Of a DNA stretch of 64,000 bases, positions 58,843 to 64,000 are shown piece by piece (the first letter of the stretch is position 1; each line of letters opens with the position of its first letter). This DNA comes from Sedimentisphaerales bacterium (GTDB lineage: Bacteria > Planctomycetota > Phycisphaerae > Sedimentisphaerales > Anaerobacaceae): assembly GCA_040772485.1 (NCBI GenBank), contig JAXGYC010000011.1:96001-160000 (forward strand), written 5' to 3'. The notes below the pieces were generated by a model. It saw nothing but the letters and a program-made list of their open reading frames with translations. It ran no database searches and was not told where the DNA came from. A program made the translations under genes and the position numbers.

Positions 58843-59205
58843 ATGACGCAGTCGAACAATATCGTGGACCTGCTGGAGGCCGGGATCAAAGCGGAAGGGC
58901 TCCGACAGAGGACGATCGCCAGCAACATGGCCAATATCGAGACGCCGAGGTACCGGCGAATCGATGTCAAGTTCGACGAGTTGCTGGCCAAGGCCCTGAA
59001 GTCGTCGCGTGCGGTCGATCTCGACAAGGTCGAACCGGAGATCTACGAACCCCGGAACACCTCGATCCGCGATAACGGAAACGACGTCAGCATGGAGGCC
59101 GAGGTCGGAAGCCTCGTGAAGAACTCCCTGCGTCACACCGCCTATGTCAGGCTCATGCAGAAGAAGTTCACTCAGATCGAGGCCGCCATTCGCGTCGGCG
59201 GCTGA
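58843..59205 (+). CDS. flgB: Flagellar basal-body rod protein FlgB
   Basis: RQRTIASNMANIETPRY and DNGNDVSME. Confidence 0.95.
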   Translation: MTQSNNIVDLLEAGIKAEGLRQRTIASNMANIETPRYRRIDVKFDELLAKALKSSRAVDLDKVEPEIYEPRNTSIRDNGNDVSMEAEVGSLVKNSLRHTAYVRLMQKKFTQIEAAIRVGG

Positions 59206-59269
59206 AAGAGACGCCGTGACCCGGCCGCAGGCACAACGCTCCGAGTGAATTGAGAAAGGATTCGTCACT

Positions 59270-59683
59270 ATGCGAGTAGACAGCACGTTCGGTCCCGTCG
59301 ATATCGCCGTCTCGGGCATGCGGGCCCAGAACACGCAGATGGAGCTCATCTCATCGAACATCGCCAACGCTCGGACGATCGACAACGGACAGGGCCAGCC
59401 GTACCGCCGGCTCGAGGCGTTCTTTCGCACCGAGAATCAGGACGAAGAAGGCATTGGCGGCGTCGGGATCGACAGCATCGCCCAGGACATGAGCGCCCTG
59501 GAGAAGATCTTCGATCCGGGCAACCCCAAGGCGGACGCGGGGGGCTACGTCAGCATGCCGAACGTCCAGTTGCCGATCGAAATGATGAACCTTTCAACCG
59601 CCACGCGGGCGTATCAGGCCAACGCGGCCATTCTGAAACGCTATCAGAAGATGGTCGAGACCACCCTGGAATTACTCCGGTAA
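59270..59683 (+). CDS. flgC: Flagellar basal-body rod protein FlgC
   Basis: SGMRAQ..SSNIANA, PYRR, GYVSMPNV and RAYQAN. Confidence 0.95.
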   Translation: MRVDSTFGPVDIAVSGMRAQNTQMELISSNIANARTIDNGQGQPYRRLEAFFRTENQDEEGIGGVGIDSIAQDMSALEKIFDPGNPKADAGGYVSMPNVQLPIEMMNLSTATRAYQANAAILKRYQKMVETTLELLR

Positions 59684-59698
59684 CAGAAGGATAGCCAA

Positions 59699-60013
59699 AT
59701 GATCGATTTCAATCCGAATGTGAATTCCCTCTTGCCGAACACCAGGCCCTCCCTGCCGCCGACCGAGGGTCCCGGCGGGGCCAAGACCGACTTCTCGCAG
59801 GCAGTCAAGGCCCTCGACAAGTACGTCTCGCAGGTGGACGATCTCCAGCAAACCTCCGATGCCTCCATCCAGGATCTGCTGACCGGCAAGAACAACGACA
59901 TCACGGCGGTCGTTTCCAGCGTCGCCAAGGCGGACGTCAGCTTCAAAGTCCTGGTCGGCGTGCGAAACAAACTCATCGAGGCCTACAAGCAAACGATGAA
60001 CATGCCGCTGTAG
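59699..60013 (+). CDS. fliE: Flagellar hook-basal body protein FliE
   Basis: KADVSFKVLVGVRNKLIEAYKQTMNMPL. Confidence 0.95.
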   Translation: MIDFNPNVNSLLPNTRPSLPPTEGPGGAKTDFSQAVKALDKYVSQVDDLQQTSDASIQDLLTGKNNDITAVVSSVAKADVSFKVLVGVRNKLIEAYKQTMNMPL

Positions 60014-60092
60014 GCCCGGCGAATCTCGGGCGCCGTGGTGGCGCCCTGCGACGCGTCTTGAGAACGCGCGGTAGCGCGGGTTCAGAGGCTCG

Positions 60093-61592
60093 ATGGAACT
60101 CCTTCACAAGATAGCCTTGGTCTGGCAGAAGATCAGCCTGATACAAAGGGCTTTGTTGGCCGCCGTGCTGGTGGCCTCGGCCATTATCGGGTCGCTTCTG
60201 GTCCATTGGGCGCGTCGACCCGACATGAGGATGCTGTACCAGGAGCTGACACCGGGGGAGGCCGCCCGGATCACCGACAAGATCGCCGAGAAGGACATTG
60301 TCTACCAACTGCGGGACGGCGGCACGACGATCTACGTCCCCCAGGAGCACGTCTATCAGCTTCGGTTGGACCTGGCCAAGGAAGGTCTGCCGGCCGGCGA
60401 GCAGAACGGATACAAGCTCTTCGACGACGAGAAGATCGGCGTAAGCCCCTTTGTCCAGAACGTCAATCTCAGCCGGGCCTTGCAGGACGAGCTGGCCAAG
60501 AGCATCCAGATGATCGACGGCGTCGCGCACGCCAGGGTCCATATCGTCAATCCGGAGCAGAATCTGTTCGCCTCGGAAGAAGGCCGGACCTCCGCCTCCG
60601 TCGTTCTGCGTATGAAGCCCGGTTACCGACTCAGCGGCGTCAACATCGCCGCCATCACGCACATGGTCTCCGGAAGCGTCAAGGGCCTCAAGTCCGACGA
60701 CGTCACCGTCATCGACAGCCAGGGCAATCTCCTTTCCGGTCAGAGCGATCCAACACTGGCCACCGGCGCCGGCACCGTCCACGACTACAAGGAGCGCGTC
60801 GAACAAGGCCTCGTCAAGAAGGCCGAAGACATGCTCACGATGGTCCTGGGACCGGGCCGCGCCACCGTCCGCGTCAGCGCCGTGGTCGATATGAACAGTG
60901 TCAGCACCATCACAGAGGTGTACGATCCGTCGGCCAAGGTGGCCACCAAAGAGGAAATCACCAACAACTCGGAAACCGGCGCCGGCAACGCCGGACAACA
61001 GGCCGCCGCCGGCAGCACCAAGAAGGACGAGTCCATCGTCACCGAGTATCAGGTCGGAAAGACCGTCAAGCAGCAGATCATCCTCCCGGGAGAGATCCGC
61101 TCGCTGTCCGTGGCCGCCTTCGTGGATTTGTACGTGCGCGATGCGAATGACACCACCACGGCCGCCCAACCCGCTCTGATCATGGAGGTGGCCGAGGTCG
61201 AGCAGATCATCCGCACGGCCCTGGGCCTGAAGGAGACCGATTCGCTCAAGGTGGTCAACGCGCGATTCCGCCAGCCAACCGAGTCCCTGATCGAGGACGA
61301 ACCGACGGCTTGGCCGCGGTATCTGGCGTTGGCCCGTCATCTGTCGCTGGGGATCATGGCCGTCTGCGCCCTGATTGTCTTCCGGATCTTCAGCCGCGCC
61401 AGAAGCAAAGCGGTCGCCGCCGGCCAGACCCGGCAGTTGGCCGAGGGCGGGAGCACCGGAGGCGGTCTGCTGCCCCAGGGCAGCCCGGCGGCCGAGCCCG
61501 TCCTGCTGCGCCGACAGATTACCCATGCCCTGAGAAGCAATCCGGACCAGGTCCGAGAGATGTTCCTGAACTGGATCGAAGAGAAGGAGTGA
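60093..61592 (+). CDS. fliF: Flagellar M-ring protein FliF
   Basis: GYKLFD, RALQDELAKSI, ARVHIV, ASVVL and two TM helices. Confidence 0.95.
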   Translation: MELLHKIALVWQKISLIQRALLAAVLVASAIIGSLLVHWARRPDMRMLYQELTPGEAARITDKIAEKDIVYQLRDGGTTIYVPQEHVYQLRLDLAKEGLPAGEQNGYKLFDDEKIGVSPFVQNVNLSRALQDELAKSIQMIDGVAHARVHIVNPEQNLFASEEGRTSASVVLRMKPGYRLSGVNIAAITHMVSGSVKGLKSDDVTVIDSQGNLLSGQSDPTLATGAGTVHDYKERVEQGLVKKAEDMLTMVLGPGRATVRVSAVVDMNSVSTITEVYDPSAKVATKEEITNNSETGAGNAGQQAAAGSTKKDESIVTEYQVGKTVKQQIILPGEIRSLSVAAFVDLYVRDANDTTTAAQPALIMEVAEVEQIIRTALGLKETDSLKVVNARFRQPTESLIEDEPTAWPRYLALARHLSLGIMAVCALIVFRIFSRARSKAVAAGQTRQLAEGGSTGGGLLPQGSPAAEPVLLRRQITHALRSNPDQVREMFLNWIEEKE

Positions 61593-61600
61593 CGAAAGAC

Positions 61601-62605
61601 GTGGCACTGACCGGAAAACAAAAGGCCGCCCTGCTCCTGACCAGCCTCGATGTGGCCACCGCCGCCGAGTTGCTCAAAGGCGTGGATCCCCGAATGGTTC
61701 GGGAGCTGGCCGTCGAGCTGAGCTACCTCGACGCCTCCGGCCACCGAAATGCCAAGCAGGCCGCCGAGGTCGCCCGGCAATTCTGCCAATCGCTGGGAAG
61801 TGAATCGGGATTTCAGTTCAAGAACTTCCTGCGCGAGGTCCTCAAGAACACAGTAGGCGAGGACAAGGCCAAGCAGGTGCAGCAGGAGATTCAGGATCTG
61901 CTTCAGAAGCGCGATCCATTCATGACCATCCGTTCGGCGGACCAACGGAAACTGGCGACCGTCCTGGAGACCGAGCATCCGCAGGCGGTCGCGGTAGTCC
62001 TGTCGGAACTGCCTCCGAAGAAAGGCTCGGAGATCCTCGGGCTGCTGGGCGAGGGAATGCGGGTTAGTGCGATCAGCCGCATGACCGCCATCGGCTCGGT
62101 GACTCCCGAGGCCAAAGCGAGAATCGCCCAGATGGTGCGTAAGCGTCTGGAAGCCCTGGGCTCGACCCAGCAGATTGCCGGCGCCGTGCAGGCCCATCCG
62201 GCCGAATCGCTTCGCAAGGTGGCGGTCCTCGTGCGGAACCTGGACAAGGAGGTCCGCGACGGCGTCCTCGAGGCCATCCAGCAGAAGGACAGCGAGGCCG
62301 GCGAGAAGGTGATGAATCTCATGGTCACATGGGACGACATCCCCCAGATCGGCGGCCGCTCCCTCCAGCAGGCCTTGCGCGGCGTCGACGAACGACAACT
62401 GGCGCTGGCCCTGCACGAGGTCCCTGACGAGATTGCCCAGGCAATCAAGTCCAACATCTCCGAACGTGCGGCGGCCCTGGTGAGCGAAGAGGCGTCCCTG
62501 ATGTCGGCGCCGAAGAAGGAAGACATTCGCCAGGCGCGCGACAAGATCGTCGAGGGGTTGCGGGAGCTCAACCGCAACGGTGAACTGACTTTCGTGGAAG
62601 AGTAG
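61601..62605 (+). CDS. fliG: Flagellar motor switch protein FliG
   Basis: LTGKQKAALLL, EHPQAVAVVL and NISERAA; GTG start after AAGGAG. Confidence 0.9.
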   Translation: MALTGKQKAALLLTSLDVATAAELLKGVDPRMVRELAVELSYLDASGHRNAKQAAEVARQFCQSLGSESGFQFKNFLREVLKNTVGEDKAKQVQQEIQDLLQKRDPFMTIRSADQRKLATVLETEHPQAVAVVLSELPPKKGSEILGLLGEGMRVSAISRMTAIGSVTPEAKARIAQMVRKRLEALGSTQQIAGAVQAHPAESLRKVAVLVRNLDKEVRDGVLEAIQQKDSEAGEKVMNLMVTWDDIPQIGGRSLQQALRGVDERQLALALHEVPDEIAQAIKSNISERAAALVSEEASLMSAPKKEDIRQARDKIVEGLRELNRNGELTFVEE

Positions 62606-62609
62606 GATC

Positions 62610-63212
62610 ATGTCCGAGGCACTGACGCTCAATCTGCCCCGACCTGTCGCAGGCCTTCGCGTCGTCGAAGAGCCGGGGCAGGCGGTCTTGCCCCCGGACC
62701 CGTCGATGAACGCCGAGGCCCAATCACAGAAACCCCTCGCCGCGCCGACGGACGCACTTCGCGAAGCGGAGGCGCTCAAACAGCAGAAGAAGAGCCTCGC
62801 ACAACTGTGTGAGACCATCAACACCCTGGCTGCCAGGCTGAACGACCTGCACCAGCAGACCGTCGAGCGCCATCGGGCCGACATCGCCAGGCTGGCGGTC
62901 GAGATCGCCAGGAAGATCCTGACGCGCAAGATCGACCAAGGTGAATACGACATCCAGACGATCATCGAGGAGGCGCTGAAGTGCGCCCCGGCCCGTCAGA
63001 ACCTCGTGGTGCGCGTGAACCCGGAGGATCTGGCGACCTGCCAGCAGTTCCAGCGGGAAAACCCCGGCACGCAGTTTGCGGAACTGGATCTGGTCGCCGA
63101 CTGGGGCATCGCGCGCGCCGACTGTCTGGTAGAGACCCCGAAGGGCATCGTCAAGTCGTTCGTCGAGGAGCACCTCGCGCGGATTGGCGAAGCCCTGGAG
63201 AAAGCGCAGTAG
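62610..63212 (+). CDS. fliH: Flagellar assembly protein FliH
   Basis: LAVEIARKIL, VRVNPED and CLVETPKG; lies between fliG and fliI. Confidence 0.85.
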   Translation: MSEALTLNLPRPVAGLRVVEEPGQAVLPPDPSMNAEAQSQKPLAAPTDALREAEALKQQKKSLAQLCETINTLAARLNDLHQQTVERHRADIARLAVEIARKILTRKIDQGEYDIQTIIEEALKCAPARQNLVVRVNPEDLATCQQFQRENPGTQFAELDLVADWGIARADCLVETPKGIVKSFVEEHLARIGEALEKAQ

Positions 63213-63215
63213 TCT

Positions 63216-64000
63216 ATGATCGACTCCAATTGCCCGACCATCGATTTCGACAAGTACCGCTCGGCCCTGGAGACGGTGGACCTGGTGGATTGCCAGGGCT
63301 ACGTCGTACGCGTTTCCGGCTCGACCATCGAGTCGGCCGGTCCGTCTGTCGGCCTCGGGGAGTTGTGCGGAATCCACATCGGCACCGACCGGCGGGTCCT
63401 GGCCGAGGTGGTCGGCTTCCGTCACGACCACGTGATCCTGTTGCCGCTGGAACACATCGAGGGCGTCTGCCCCGGCGACGTCGTGACGGCCCGGACCACG
63501 CCCCGTCACATCATGCTCAGTCCGAAGGTCCTCGGACGCGTTCTGAATGGCCTGGGCGAGCCGATCGACAACAAAGGGCCTCTGCTCGGAGACGAGAAGA
63601 GGCCGCTGGACGTCAGCAGCCCGCCGCCGTTGAGCCGCGAGAAAATCACCAGGCCGCTGGCGTTGGGCATCCGTTCGATCGACGGTATTCTGACCTGTGG
63701 CCAGGGCCAGCGCGTCGGAATCTTCGCCGGCAGCGGCGTCGGCAAGAGCGTCCTGCTTGGTGACATCGCCAACGGCAGCGACGCCGCGGTCAACGTCGTC
63801 GCCCTGATCGGCGAGCGCGGCCGCGAAGTCCGCGAGTTTCTGGAAGAAAACCTCGGTCCCGAGGGTCTGGCTCGCAGCGTGGTCGTAGTGGCCACGTCGG
63901 ATGCGCCGCCCATTCAGCGGGTCAAGGCCGCCTTCGTGGCGGTGACCGTTGCGGAGTACTTCCGGGACAAGGCCAAGAACGTCCTGTTCATGATGGATTC
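63216..64000 (+). CDS. fliI: Flagellar export ATPase FliI (partial, runs off the window end)
   Basis: Read manually from ATG 63216: AEVVGF, GRVLNGLGEPID, GQRVGIFAGSGVGKS and LIGERGREVREF. Confidence 0.95.
   Translation, partial: MIDSNCPTIDFDKYRSALETVDLVDCQGYVVRVSGSTIESAGPSVGLGELCGIHIGTDRRVLAEVVGFRHDHVILLPLEHIEGVCPGDVVTARTTPRHIMLSPKVLGRVLNGLGEPIDNKGPLLGDEKRPLDVSSPPPLSREKITRPLALGIRSIDGILTCGQGQRVGIFAGSGVGKSVLLGDIANGSDAAVNVVALIGERGREVREFLEENLGPEGLARSVVVVATSDAPPIQRVKAAFVAVTVAEYFRDKAKNVLFMMD

Overview
A GC-rich bacterial window. The gene content (H-X9-DG prepilin-like proteins, sulfatase, IPAPGA-type PEP-CTERM protein) suggests a planctomycete, possibly Phycisphaerae; this is inference. Five blocks are visible. 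(1) 109-12371: an extended L-rhamnose-type catabolic operon with rhaB, a PHP-like protein, a SorE-like dehydrogenase, a frameshifted DUF2961 gene, rhaA, an NCS1 permease plus small membrane protein, a sulfatase and an aldolase-SDR fusion. It is followed by a ~1 kb structured intergenic region with a strong sigma70 promoter and no clear CDS. (2) 13370-22881: a minus-strand GH140 / nucleoside-hydrolase-like / cardiolipin synthase trio, divergent from a fused E1alpha-beta, E2 and L-fucose-isomerase-family operon that has no E3. (3) 23090-33896: a CxxCH-containing PD40/TPR protein, a secreted tandem discoidin-like protein followed by three mosaic tandem H-X9-DG prepilin genes, a CBM-containing hydrolase-like protein and a Tat oxidoreductase. 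(4) 34003-53660: a Wzx/Wzy capsule/EPS locus with a lower-GC core, three methyltransferases, a PEP-CTERM gene, an SLBB exporter and Wzi. (5) 53742-64000: flagellar genes (fliS, fliC, a glycosyltransferase, fliK, flgBC, fliEFGHI) with recognisable sigma28 and sigma54 promoters. No rRNA, tRNA, CRISPR array or transposase was recognised. All family calls come from motif recognition by eye, not from database searches.
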